Below, piece by piece: positions 40,235 through 50,700 of a DNA stretch of 64,000 nucleotides. Position 1 is the first letter of the stretch. Every line of letters starts with the position of its first letter. Both the position numbers and the translations under genes were made by a program. The DNA is from Parcubacteria group bacterium (lineage in GTDB: Bacteria > Patescibacteriota > Minisyncoccia > Moranbacterales > UBA11712), in NCBI GenBank assembly GCA_041659065.1, contig JBAZYY010000003.1, forward strand, positions 20,696 through 84,695, given 5' to 3'. The notes below the pieces were generated by a model that saw only the letters and a list, made by a program, of their open reading frames with translations, did no database searches and was not told the DNA's origin.

Positions 40235-41164
40235 ATGGAAAAAAACTATTGGGTCGTCCGGATGGGCGAAGCAAACAAGTATGCCGATTATGCGCACGAA
40301 AACAATCTAGTCGCCATCGGCTGGAACGAACTGAAAAAAGACTTGAACGAGTATCGGGCGTTGAATAAAAAAGAATTCTTCAAAACAGTTATTCCTCTTC
40401 TCGAAGAAGCCTATGAAATTAACTCAAAGGCAAATTCAATGAATGCCGGCCAGTTATTCAGATTCAGCAACTTGGTGGAAATCGGAGATATTGTGCTGGT
40501 GCCAAAAATGCAGGAAGGAAAAGTATATGTCGGTTCGATCGAAGGCGATTATATATATCATCAGGAATCGCCTGACGAATTCGGCTATCATCACAGAAGA
40601 GCGGTGAAATGGATCAAAACAATCAGCACCCAAGATCTATCCCAGAATCTGCGCAATTCAATCGGAGCGATGATGACGATTTTCAGCGTCAACAAATATG
40701 CGGACGAAATTGAGACGCTATTAAGCAAAGACAAAGGCGCAAGCAATGATATAGAAAGTTTGGAAAGCTTCGGGCTGGAATCCCAACTCGAAGATTTTAT
40801 TGTGGAAAATTGGGATAAACTCACTTTGGGTAAAAGTTATGAAATCCTGCAAGAGAATGGTCAGATAATCGGCCAGCAATTCGCAACACCAGTCGGAAGA
40901 ATAGATATTCTTGCCAAAAATAAAGATGGCAAAGAGTGGCTGGTGATCGAACTCAAAAAAGGAAAAAGCAGCGACCATGTTATAGGACAAACATTGAGAT
41001 ACATCGCCTGGATCAAGGAAAACGAGGCTGGAGCGGATGAAAATGTCAAAGGCCTCATAATCACCAAAGATCAAGATGAAAAGTTGAAATATTCCTTGAA
41101 AGCCGCGCCCGATGTGGATTCGATGACCTATTCGGTAAATTTTCAACTGAATAAACCTGAATAA
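40235..41164 (+). CDS. Mrr-associated N-terminal domain + NucS-like PD-(D/E)xK endonuclease
   Basis: YWVVRMG...AIGW...GDIVLVP...RAVKW; LESQLEDFI, GRIDIL, VIELKK, GQTLRY. Confidence 0.8.
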   Translation: MEKNYWVVRMGEANKYADYAHENNLVAIGWNELKKDLNEYRALNKKEFFKTVIPLLEEAYEINSKANSMNAGQLFRFSNLVEIGDIVLVPKMQEGKVYVGSIEGDYIYHQESPDEFGYHHRRAVKWIKTISTQDLSQNLRNSIGAMMTIFSVNKYADEIETLLSKDKGASNDIESLESFGLESQLEDFIVENWDKLTLGKSYEILQENGQIIGQQFATPVGRIDILAKNKDGKEWLVIELKKGKSSDHVIGQTLRYIAWIKENEAGADENVKGLIITKDQDEKLKYSLKAAPDVDSMTYSVNFQLNKPE

Positions 41165-41171
41165 TCAATGA

Positions 41172-41324
41172 ATGTTGAGTATTGAAAAAACGAAAGAATT
41201 GCTAGATGACAAAACCATATCGGACGATCAAGCCGAAAAAATCAGGGATGATGTGCAGACGCTTGCCGAAATCATCATCGAAAAATACATATCTGACAGA
41301 AAAAGCGGAAAGTGGAAAGACTGA
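41172..41324 (+). CDS. small hypothetical protein (50 aa, absent from track)
   Basis: MLSIEKTKELLDDKTISDDQAEKIRDDVQTLAEIIIEKYISDRKSGKWKD, 7 nt after the nuclease stop. Confidence 0.55.
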   Translation: MLSIEKTKELLDDKTISDDQAEKIRDDVQTLAEIIIEKYISDRKSGKWKD

Positions 41325-41443
41325 AATTTCAGACCAACAAAAAGAAGCTATCGCGGAAAATATAGCCTCTTTTTTCTTCAAGTTTTGGAAGAATAGAAAT
41401 AATCTAAAATCGACGGAATAATTTTGAAGCCATCGAAATACAA

Positions 41444-41472
41444 AAACCAAGGCCTTTCGAGCCTTGGTTTTA
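41444..41472. terminator. probable bidirectional terminator
   Basis: AAAACCAAGGC-ctttcga-GCCTTGGTTTT. Confidence 0.6.
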
Positions 41473-41621
41473 TATCTTGATGGCGATAGGACTGGAACCG
41501 AATTAATGGCTTGAATAAAGTAAATCGATTTTTTTATGGCGACCGGACGTTGTGAAGCTATGGCCTAAAATAGCTTGTATATAGTAAAAAGGATCGGTCT
41601 CTCGATAAAAAAATGTAGCTG

Positions 41622-41930
41622 CTCCCGGGACAGGATTCGAACCTGTAACCAATTGATTACACTTATCCTAATGTTTCCAAAAGGGGTGGACTATATCATT
41701 CCCGCATAGCGGGATGAGGCGCTTCCCCCGACGTGACGTCGGAGTACTCTCTTTCGAGATAGTCTCTGAACCTTCCCTGACATTAAGTCGGGGCTTGGCT
41801 TCTGATTACCTTTTTTCGGCTGAAGAAAATTAAGGCTTCCAGAAATTCACCTCATTTTCACTTCCAAATTTCTCTGAAAGGCTGCGTTTAATGTTCACAG
41901 TCAACTGCTCTACCATTGAGCTACCCGGGA
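41622..41930 (-). tRNA. tRNA-Asn(GTT), intron-containing (exons 41930-41897 and 41659-41622)
   Basis: Joined exons: TCCCGGG TA GCTC AATGGTA GAGC A GTTGA CTGT^TAA TCAAT TGGTT ACAGG TTCGAAT CCTGT CCCGGGA G; CCA not encoded. Confidence 0.93.
41660..41896 (-). ncRNA. group I intron (237 nt, no ORF) at anticodon position 35/36
   Basis: Exon ends in U that can pair with G of GCAG guide; R GTTCAGAGACTA, S GATATAGTCC (P7 GACTA/TAGTC); terminal G. Confidence 0.92.
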
Positions 41931-41933
41931 ATA

Positions 41934-42170
41934 TTATATTCTATTTTTTAGGAACCTTCTTCCAAAACCAGTCTTAAAATATTTCTCTCTTTGAATTGCT
42001 TTATTGCGATCCAGGCAAGCTTCATAATATACCAGGACAAGGGGAGCTCTTTCTTTTGTGGCGTCAACCAATTTCGAGTTATGTTCTTTTAATCTTTTTC
42101 TAAGATCTGCTGTAAAACCAACATACAATTTATTATCGTTTTCACTTTTAATAACGTAGGTATAATACAT
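41934..42170 (-). CDS. small GIY-YIG nuclease (Slx1/UPF0213-like)
   Basis: YTYVI...LYVGFTADLRKRLKEHN...REKYFKTG. Confidence 0.9.
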   Translation of the reverse strand: MYYTYVIKSENDNKLYVGFTADLRKRLKEHNSKLVDATKERAPLVLVYYEACLDRNKAIQREKYFKTGFGRRFLKNRI

Positions 42171-42178
42171 AAACTATT

Positions 42179-42243
42179 ATTGAGCCCCGCCCGCAACGCC
42201 TTGCAAGCAAGCCTTGCATGGCGGGCGGGTACCCGGGAATATT
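42179..42243 (-). repeat. duplicate of tRNA-Asn 5' end interrupted by a 44-bp REP-like hairpin
   Basis: ATTGAGC[CCCGCCCGC...GCGGGCGGG]TACCCGGGAATATT versus ATTGAGCTACCCGGGAATATT at 41915-41935. Confidence 0.85.
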
Positions 42244-42265
42244 CGTATTCAAAGAACACGATGGG

Positions 42266-42294
42266 ATTATAATAGAATAATGCCAGTTTGGCAA
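42266..42294 (-). promoter_or_regulatory. sigma70 promoter for the GIY-YIG/tRNA-Asn unit
   Basis: TTGCCA-17 bp-TATAAT. Confidence 0.75.
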
Positions 42295-42498
42295 GTCCGG
42301 TAGTAGAAATTTGACAAAGAAAAATTCTCCTTTTTTTTTGCGAAAAACATAAGTATAGCGACATATATTTCGTATTTCCCAAGCTACGAATTCTGGCTAA
42401 TAGCTGGTCAAATTTTCACTACTGGGCAAGATTAGGCTAAAAGCCTGAAATGTGATAAAATAGTACGCGCTTGAGCAAAATAACCCGAAAAATAAAAG

Positions 42499-43815
42499 GT
42501 GATTAAGAAAAAGCTTATAAAACGGATATTTGCAACCCTTCTTTTGGCGCTTCTAGCCACGCCAAGCGGGGTTTTTTATTTTGCCGAAAATGTCGCTGAG
42601 GCGAAAACAAAGCCGACGAAATGGCAGACAATGCTCGAAGAAAATAAGGTTGACCAGAGTCTTTGGGCAAAATATCTTCCGACAATCAGCCGCACTGAAT
42701 ACAATAAAGTTAAGATGAAATTGGACGGCAAAACAGAAGTCAAAGCCCAGAAGAAATCAAAAAAAACCAAGTGGCAGAAAATGCTCGAGAAGAACAATGT
42801 TGATCAGTCGCTCTGGCGAAAGTATTTGCCAAAGGTTTCTCGCAAAGAATATCTTAAGGTGAAAAAAGCCTTGCGCAGTATGGGCTTGGGCGGCGGGTCA
42901 CTGGGGCCGACAATCAGGATAGGACTTTTTAGCCTGAATCCAAACGCTGACAGCAGCGACCGCAGGGTGAAAGTGAAAACTGTGGCGGGAAGCTACACGG
43001 TGAAAAATTTAAACGGCACGGTACTGGCGTCTGTTTCCGCGGACACCGTGACGGATATCAAGCTCGAAAAGAATAAAAACTTCAGCTTTAACGATGTCGA
43101 GGTCGGGAATAAAATCAGAATTGAGGCGGCCGACACCAGCGGAGTCATTAAAATTGATAATTGCAAAAACGACAAATACGATACGGACGCGGATGGAAAC
43201 CGATTCGCGATTGGCTGCTATGGGGACTATGATGAATTTCGCGGAACCTTGGAATTGAGCCAGGACGATGAAGGCACGCCCTGGGTGATTGACGAATTGC
43301 CACTTGAACAATACACCTGGGGGACAGGCGAAATCGGAGATTGCGTGCATGAGTACTACAAACTGTTTTCCATTGTTTTTCGCACTTATGGCTATCGTAA
43401 TTTGGAAAGCAAAAAATCAACGCATGCCAAACATAACTTCGATTTATCCGACACTTCGTCTGACCAGATCTATAAAGGCTATAAGATTGAAGAAAATTAT
43501 CCGGATATGAAGCGGGCGGCGGCGGAAACGCGCGGGCAGATAGTCACTTATAAGGGGAAGACGGCTCTTACGCCGTATTGCTCATGGTCGGACGGCCGTA
43601 CCCGGAATTTCCCGGGCGATTACCCGTATCTTAAAGGGGGTAAAGACAAATACGGGAAACATCCGACGAAAAGCACGAAAGAGCTGAAGGACGAAGGAAA
43701 TCATATGTACGGCCTCGTCGCAAATGGTGCCAGAAAAATGGTAGAAAAAGGGAAAACGTATAAACAAGCCATTGCCTATTATTTAAAAGGGGTTGATATT
43801 ACGGGAGCGTACTAA
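42499..43815 (+). CDS. SpoIID/LytB domain protein
   Basis: Signal peptide; FRGTL, IDELPLEQY...E, RTY, DQIYKGY, T.GQIVTY. Confidence 0.8.
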   Translation: MIKKKLIKRIFATLLLALLATPSGVFYFAENVAEAKTKPTKWQTMLEENKVDQSLWAKYLPTISRTEYNKVKMKLDGKTEVKAQKKSKKTKWQKMLEKNNVDQSLWRKYLPKVSRKEYLKVKKALRSMGLGGGSLGPTIRIGLFSLNPNADSSDRRVKVKTVAGSYTVKNLNGTVLASVSADTVTDIKLEKNKNFSFNDVEVGNKIRIEAADTSGVIKIDNCKNDKYDTDADGNRFAIGCYGDYDEFRGTLELSQDDEGTPWVIDELPLEQYTWGTGEIGDCVHEYYKLFSIVFRTYGYRNLESKKSTHAKHNFDLSDTSSDQIYKGYKIEENYPDMKRAAAETRGQIVTYKGKTALTPYCSWSDGRTRNFPGDYPYLKGGKDKYGKHPTKSTKELKDEGNHMYGLVANGARKMVEKGKTYKQAIAYYLKGVDITGAY

Positions 43816-43909
43816 AGGAAGTTAAAATTTTCATGCCAGGGGCAGGTCAGCCTATGGCTGAAAAAATGAAAAGTGAAAGGTTATGGTGTCCCGCCTTGGC
43901 GGGATGCTT

Positions 43910-45244
43910 TTAATATGTGGCGGCGAGATCCAAGGCCTTCTTGAAGTTGACTTTTCCTCCGGATTTTATTTTTCCCGCAAGACTGGCATTGGAGTCAACT
44001 GAATTTTCGATAATTTGAATTATTTGAACATTCGAAAGGGTCGGCTTTTTTGAAAGCAGGAGCCCGGCTTCAGCGGTGACAAACGCAGCGGACAAGGAGC
44101 TGCCCTCGGCCGAAACATACCCGCTTTTTTTATTGGAAAGCCCGACAATATCGTCGTCATCAGTCCCTCCGGGGGCAACCACATCTACGGAAGTCGCGCC
44201 GTAATCGGAATAATAAGCAAGATTTCCGTCGCGGTCCGATGCTCCAACGCAGATGATGTTTGGCAGGTCAAAATCACAGGGGTACATTTTTTGATTCGGA
44301 TCGGCGCCGTCGTGATTATAGCCGTTTCCTTCGTCATCCCCGTTGCCCGCAGCCGTGACGAAAACGCCCGGGTAATTGGCAATGGTATCTTTCAAAACCA
44401 GATCTAAGCCCTCATCACCATAGCTGCCCCAGCTCGCGTTAATAATCGGAACACCTTTCGATTTGGCATAGTTGATGGCTGTGATAGCCTGATCGGTCGT
44501 AAAATCGAACTTCAAGGGCATGACGCGCAGATGATTATAATAGCTCGCGCCGGCGATACCGGTCTTATTTTTTGTCACAGCGGCGATTATTCCGGCCAAA
44601 AAAGTTCCGTGTCCGTCCGAGTCAGTGGGTTTGTTTTTGGGCCGGTTGATGTTTCGGCCCTTAGCCTTGCCTTTGGACAGGTTTTTTTTCAGGTCTTTGT
44701 GGTTGTAATTAACTCCAGTGTCGATTACTCCGATGACAAGATTTGTTTGCTTCTTCGCTTCCGTCCCCCAGGCGGATTCGGCGTCTACTCCTCCCGCTAT
44801 CCTATATGTTGGAGAAAGCGACCATTGCTGGGCATAATATTTGTCGTCCGTGACTGAAGCTAAGGGCTTATATTTGAAATTGGGCTGGGCGGATTTTACG
44901 GCCGGATTTTTTTTGACGTCTTTCAGGATTTTCTCTACCGGCTTTTGCTCCGGACTCTTCATTACATAAAGATTCTGGTCATCGCCCGCGGGCAAGATAG
45001 GGGAAACGATCAAATTTTCTTTTTGGGCTATCTGGAAGGCCGCCTGAGGTGAATCTATTTTCACGATTGCTTCGCTTTCCGCGTAATTTGGCGCGGTATT
45101 GCTTTCGTCCGGAATGCTATTTTCCGACGCTTGCGCCTGCGAAGGGCTATTTTCAGTCCACAAAAAAAATCCCATGACTAGGAACGATACCAAAACGAAA
45201 TAGCATTTTTTCATCAGATTCTTTTTAGGTTGGCTTATAAACAT
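43910..45244 (-). CDS. S8 (subtilisin-like) serine peptidase
   Basis: VIDTG, GHGT, AAGN, GSSLSA. Confidence 0.88.
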   Translation of the reverse strand: MFISQPKKNLMKKCYFVLVSFLVMGFFLWTENSPSQAQASENSIPDESNTAPNYAESEAIVKIDSPQAAFQIAQKENLIVSPILPAGDDQNLYVMKSPEQKPVEKILKDVKKNPAVKSAQPNFKYKPLASVTDDKYYAQQWSLSPTYRIAGGVDAESAWGTEAKKQTNLVIGVIDTGVNYNHKDLKKNLSKGKAKGRNINRPKNKPTDSDGHGTFLAGIIAAVTKNKTGIAGASYYNHLRVMPLKFDFTTDQAITAINYAKSKGVPIINASWGSYGDEGLDLVLKDTIANYPGVFVTAAGNGDDEGNGYNHDGADPNQKMYPCDFDLPNIICVGASDRDGNLAYYSDYGATSVDVVAPGGTDDDDIVGLSNKKSGYVSAEGSSLSAAFVTAEAGLLLSKKPTLSNVQIIQIIENSVDSNASLAGKIKSGGKVNFKKALDLAATY

Positions 45245-45414
45245 AGTTTACAAGATTAATTTTAGATTCACAAATGAAAAAAGGCCGGCTCGGCGGAGCA
45301 GACCCTGTTGAGGTTACGATTATTCTTATTCTTTCTCGCTATTTAACCAAGTTTCCAGGGCACAAAAAAAGACAATCAGTGATTTGGAAACCTGGTTTCC
45401 AAAAAAAATAATTT

Positions 45415-46137
45415 ATGAAAAATATTCTCAAAAAATTCGGACTGAGCGAAAAAGAGGCGGAGGTATATCTTGCGGCTTTGGAGCTGGGCGAAGCAACCGG
45501 ATTTCGGATCTATAAAAAAACCGAACTCAAAAAGCCGACGGTGTATTATATTCTCGATGAGTTGCAAAAACGCGGGCTGGTGAGCCAAACGAAGAAAGGG
45601 AAGAAGCGATATTTTGTCGCGGAAGATCCGGGGAAAATCAGAAAAAAAATTGAAGATAACCCGAAATCCTTTGACGAAATTCTGCCCGAGCTAAGATCGA
45701 TTTTTAATCGAAAAGCGACAAAACCGATAATTCGATTTTATGAAGGCCGACAAGGCTTGGAAGAAGTCTACGCCGATACTTTGAAATATAAGGGCGAAAT
45801 TCTTGCTTTCGCGTCGGAACAAATATTCCATTCTTTGGGACAGGAATTCAGCGAAAGCTATGTTGAAAAAAGAATAAAGGCCGGTATCCCGGTGCGGGCG
45901 GTTATGCCAAGCACCGAGAATCTTCAAAAAAACTACATCGAAAAAGATTTGGCGCAGCTGCGGGCGACAAAACTGATCAACCCCAGAAAATACAATTTTC
46001 CAATCGAAATAAACATATATGCCAATAAAGTGGCCTTAATTTCTTTTCGGGATGAGCTTGGTTTGATCATCGAGTCCGACGAAATCAACCGGATGACGAA
46101 GATGATGTTTGAATTTTTTTGGGTTGCGTTGATGTAG
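45415..46137 (+). CDS. TrmB family transcriptional regulator
   Basis: GLSEKEAEVYLAALELG...TVYYIL..L..RGLV; IRFYEG. Confidence 0.88.
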   Translation: MKNILKKFGLSEKEAEVYLAALELGEATGFRIYKKTELKKPTVYYILDELQKRGLVSQTKKGKKRYFVAEDPGKIRKKIEDNPKSFDEILPELRSIFNRKATKPIIRFYEGRQGLEEVYADTLKYKGEILAFASEQIFHSLGQEFSESYVEKRIKAGIPVRAVMPSTENLQKNYIEKDLAQLRATKLINPRKYNFPIEINIYANKVALISFRDELGLIIESDEINRMTKMMFEFFWVALM

Positions 46138-46312
46138 AAATATTTAATTGCCGAAGCCCCGGCACCAATTAGAAAAATTATATTATACGCAGCTACATAG
46201 CAAGCTGGCGGACAAAAATTATTTCTTTCAATATGCTCTATAATTCGTGCGGGGCAAGCTTGTCAGACAGCCTTTATATATGTATAGTTAAGCCAGAGCT
46301 TAAACTAAAAAT

Positions 46313-47461
46313 ATGAGAATTGGAATCGATGCCAGAGCCATCCTGAACCCGGAGAAATCCGCCCCTAGCGGGGTGGCGCATTATGTTTGGCATCTCATCA
46401 AAAATCTGCTTGAGATTGATAAGGAAAACCAGTACGTCTTGTTTTTTGATTTCAAGGTGCGGGACTCGGATGTGAAGCGTTTCGCTCAGCCCAATGTCAA
46501 GATAAAATTCTTCCCATTTTCGGATTACAAAAAATATATGCCCGGGGCCTACAGTGAAATTTTGGGTTTGGCTACCTATAGCCGTGAAAAATTGGATATT
46601 TTGCACGCAACTTCGCCTTTGTACCGCGTGCCGGCGTCGTACCGCGGGAAAATTGTGACAACTTTCTACGATTTTGCCATGTACCGGGAGCCGGAACTTT
46701 TTCCGAAAATCGGCACGGCGAAAACCAAAGCTCTCTACAGCTTCATGGCGAAGATGTCGAACCGGATTATCGCGGTATCAAATTCGACCAAAGAAGACGT
46801 GAAAAAATATTTAGGGTGTCTCGATGAAAAAGTCAGCGTGGTCCATAATGGAATTGACAGAAGATTTTTTGAGGAGTGCGAATACGACCGCGAAAAGCTG
46901 AAGGAAAAATTCGGTCTGAAGGATAAATACATTTTATTTTTGGGAACGCTCGAACCGAGAAAAAATTTAGGCCGGGTACTTGAGTCATTCGCAAAACTTC
47001 GAAAAGATCCGCAGAAAAATTTCAACTATCAGCTGCTGGTGGTCGGAAAACGGGGATGGCTGGCGGAGGAATATCGGCAAATTGCCGAAGACTTGGAAAT
47101 ACAAGATGATGTGATATTTTCAGGTTATGTCGGCGGGGATGAGCTTAAGCCGCTCTATGCATTCGCGGAATTTTTCGTGATGCCGTCGCTTTATGAAGGC
47201 TTCGGTCAAACAATCGTGGAGGCGATGGCTTGCGGCGCGCCGTGTCTTGTTTCCCGAGTTTCTTCGATTCCGGAGGTGGCTGGGGACGCGGTTTATTACG
47301 TTGATCCGCATGACACAGATGGCATCGTAAAAGGCATGGAGGAGTTGGCAAAAAGCAAGGAGCTTCGCAGCGAATTGAGCGCGAAAGGGAAAGAGCAAGC
47401 CAAAAAATTCAGTTGGGATAAATGCGCGCTGGAAACATTAGAGGTTTATAAAAGTATTTAA
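46313..47461 (+). CDS. glycosyltransferase family 4
   Basis: MRIGIDAR, GTLEPRKN, PSLYEGFG..IVEAMACG. Confidence 0.92.
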   Translation: MRIGIDARAILNPEKSAPSGVAHYVWHLIKNLLEIDKENQYVLFFDFKVRDSDVKRFAQPNVKIKFFPFSDYKKYMPGAYSEILGLATYSREKLDILHATSPLYRVPASYRGKIVTTFYDFAMYREPELFPKIGTAKTKALYSFMAKMSNRIIAVSNSTKEDVKKYLGCLDEKVSVVHNGIDRRFFEECEYDREKLKEKFGLKDKYILFLGTLEPRKNLGRVLESFAKLRKDPQKNFNYQLLVVGKRGWLAEEYRQIAEDLEIQDDVIFSGYVGGDELKPLYAFAEFFVMPSLYEGFGQTIVEAMACGAPCLVSRVSSIPEVAGDAVYYVDPHDTDGIVKGMEELAKSKELRSELSAKGKEQAKKFSWDKCALETLEVYKSI

Positions 47462-47711
47462 ATACGGAGAAGAATAAATAAATGATAGCCTTGTTTTTCC
47501 AGGCTATTTTTGTTGTTTGTAAGCCCTACAGTATTACAGTATATTGTAGGACATTTTAAAGCGGGGGTTGAGAAAATTAGGGAGAGATTAATGAAGGGGA
47601 AGTTATGAATAAAGTGAAAGGAAAAAGGGAAGTAGTAAATAAATTGACTTTAGCGAGGTTTTTTAGTAATTTTACTAGGTAATTTGATGCATAAAGCAGA
47701 AAAAATAAATT

Positions 47712-50700
47712 ATGTTTAAGCCAGTCGATCCCAAGCAATCGCTTCCCAAAATGGAGGAAGAGATTTTGAAGTTTTGGGAGGAAAATAAGATATTTGAGAA
47801 GTCGGTGGAAAAAAATTCAGCCGATAAATCTTTTGTGTTCTATGAAGGTCCGCCGACCGCCAATGGCCAGCCCGGGTTGCACCATGTCTTGGCGCGCTCT
47901 TTTAAGGATATTATTCCCCGCTACAAAACGATGAAGGGCTTTCGCGTGGAGCGCAAAGCCGGTTGGGATACGCATGGTTTGCCGGTTGAAATTCAGGTCG
48001 AAAAAGAGCTTGGTATTCACACAAAACCTGAGATTGAAAATATTATTCCGGGCAATGCGCGCGCGAGCATTATCGAATTCAACAAGAAATGCAAAGAATC
48101 AGTTTGGAAATATAAGGACCTTTGGGAAAAACTCACGGAAAGGATGGCTTATTGGGTGGACATGAAGCATCCCTACATTACTTACGAGAATAAGTATATT
48201 GAATCGGTCTGGTGGACATTCGCGCAAATTTTCAAGACGAAAGGAAAGAATGGCAAGGGTCTGGTTTATCGAGGCAGCAAGGTGATTCCATATTGCTATC
48301 GTTGCGGGACCGGGCTTTCCTCGCACGAAGTTGCGCAGGGCTACCAAAAAGTCAGAGACAATTCGGTGTATGTGAAATTCAAAGTGAAGTCCGGCCAAAA
48401 AATCGGCGAGTTTGAAACTGATGATCAAACATACTTTTTAGTCTGGACGACAACGCCCTGGACTTTGCCGGGAAATGTTGCGCTCGCGGTCGGAGAAAAT
48501 ATCGATTATTTAATCGCTGAAGTTGAGGAAAATGATTACAAGGAGGTGGGTTTGCATAAAGGCGATAAAATAATCTTAATCAACGATGTCGAATTGCAGA
48601 GAAATATTTTTCGAGGAGATCATATTCGTTGGGGGTCAGTCCATAATCACGAAGATGACCATGCCTGGGGGGCGGTGAAATATGGCAACCAACAGGAAAA
48701 TAATATTTTATTTACGAATAAAAAGCTAAAATTTCCGAAAGGAAAAGAATTGATCAATTTAGAGTACGAACCACTTTACGAAACCAATAACACCGATAAA
48801 AAATCTTATTTCGTATTAACCGATGATTTTGTCTCAACGGGTGAGGGAACCGGAATGGTGCACATCGCGCCGGCATTTGGTGAGGATGACGCGCGGGTCG
48901 GTGCGGAAAATAATTTGCCAACTTTGATTACGGTAAATGAGGAAGGAAAAATCACGGCCGATGTCCCTGGAAAAGGAATTCCAGTCAAGAAAAAAAATGA
49001 TAAGAATCAATATGAAGCCGATGCTCTTATAATGGAGGATCTGAAAAAACGCGGTTTGCTGTTTAAAGAAGAAATAATTGAGCATGATTATCCGCATTGC
49101 TGGCGATGTGACATGCCGCTTATATACTATGCCAAACCCTCTTGGTTTATCCGGATGAGCGAATTTTCGGAGGAGCTAAAAAAGAATAATGAAGGCATCA
49201 ACTGGATCCCGAAGCATATCAAGGAAGGGCGCTTTGGCGAATGGCTCGAAAACGTGAAGGATTGGGCGATCTCGCGGGAAAGATATTGGGGCACGCCGCT
49301 GCCGATTTGGATTTGCGAAAAATGCGGGGCGCAAAAAGTTATAGAATCCATTGCCGAGCTTGAGAATTTATCCGGGCAGAAAATGGAGGATTTGCACAAG
49401 CCCTTTATCGACGAAGTTTCATTTAAATGCGCGGAATGCGGCGGAGCCATGAAAAAAACTCCGGAGGTTATGGACGTTTGGTTTGATTCCGGGGCGATGC
49501 CGCTTGCCGAGTTCAGCTATCCTGGCGGTGCGACAGAGGAGGAAAAAGAGAAAATCGAAAGTGGAAAATATTTTCCCGCGGATTATATTTCGGAAGCGAT
49601 AGACCAAACACGCGGATGGTTCTATACCTTGCATGCCATTGCGACCGTTCTGAATCTCTCAAAAAAAGTTCCAACCGGGAATGCTTATAAGAATGTCATC
49701 TGCCTGGGGCACATCTTGGATGGGAAAGGGAAAAAGATGAGCAAGTCCAAAGGCAATGTAATTGAGCCGATGGCGGTAATGGCCGAGAATGGCGCGGATG
49801 CTTTGCGCTGGATGCTTTTTTCAATCAATCAGCCGGGTCTGCCCAAAAAATTTGATCTCAAGGGCATGAAAGATGTCATGAACAGGGTTTTCAGGATGTT
49901 GTGGAATACTTATTATTTTTTTGTTCTCTATGCTAATGTGGATAAATTCAGCGCCGAGGGGGACAAGGACAAAAAAATCGTTAATCTCCTCGACCGCTGG
50001 ATTATTTCTGAAACGCAAGCCCTCATAAAAGAGGTGGATGGCAAATTGGACGCTTATGACGTGTATGGAGCAACAAAAATAATTGAGAAGTTTATTGATA
50101 ATCTTTCCAATTGGTATATCCGCCGTAGCCGGAGAAGGTTTTGGAAATCGGAAAGCGACGAGGATAAAAACCAGGCCTATGAAACTTTGCATTACGTTTT
50201 GCTCGAGCTCTCGAAACTCATGGCGCCGTTCACGCCTTTTATCGCCGAAGAAATATTCAAAAACCTAAGCTGGAAAGAGTCAGTGCACTTGGAAGATTTT
50301 CCAGAGGCTAAAGAAAATTGGATTAACAAGGAGCTCAACGAAAAAATGCAGGTCGTGCGCCGTTTCGTTAATATGGGTCTCGCGGTGCGCGCGAAAGCCG
50401 GCGTGAAAGTACGACAACCTCTCGCGGAGTTGCGCATCAATGAGGAGCTCGACCAAGAACTCTTGGAACTGATCCGGGATGAGGTAAATGTCAAAGCAGT
50501 CAATTTCTATAGCTTCATTGAACACGAGGAAGGATTTATGACCGCGGAAGAAGCAAAATGGATGATGGGCCTGGATACCCGCGTTACTGACGAATTGAGG
50601 CTTGAAGGTCAAGCCCGCGAGCTGATTCGGCAAATTCAAGAGCTGCGGAAAAAGGCCGGGTTTGAGGTTGACAATCGGGTAATGCTAAGTTATGCTGGCG

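Larger units (their letters stand above)
19966..41634. mobile_element. genomic island integrated at the 3' end of tRNA-Asn
   Basis: TGTTCCCGGGACAGG (19966-19980) matches tRNA end TGCTCCCGGGACAGG (41620-41634) at 14/15; contains recombinase, terminase, R-M and nuclease genes; exact boundaries uncertain. Confidence 0.75.

Noticed and set aside
41206-41421. 71-aa ORF from the track
   Set aside because: The overlapping frame 41172-41324 has better spacing to the upstream gene and more protein-like composition
19966-41634. Complete prophage
   Set aside because: No portal, capsid, tail, lysis or replication genes recognised
41934-42170. Intron-encoded homing endonuclease
   Set aside because: Lies outside the intron and is a bare 78-aa catalytic domain with no DNA-binding extension
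47526-47550. TACAGTA..TATTGTAG motif, echoed at ~61895-61925
   Set aside because: Only two loose AT-rich copies; cannot separate from chance
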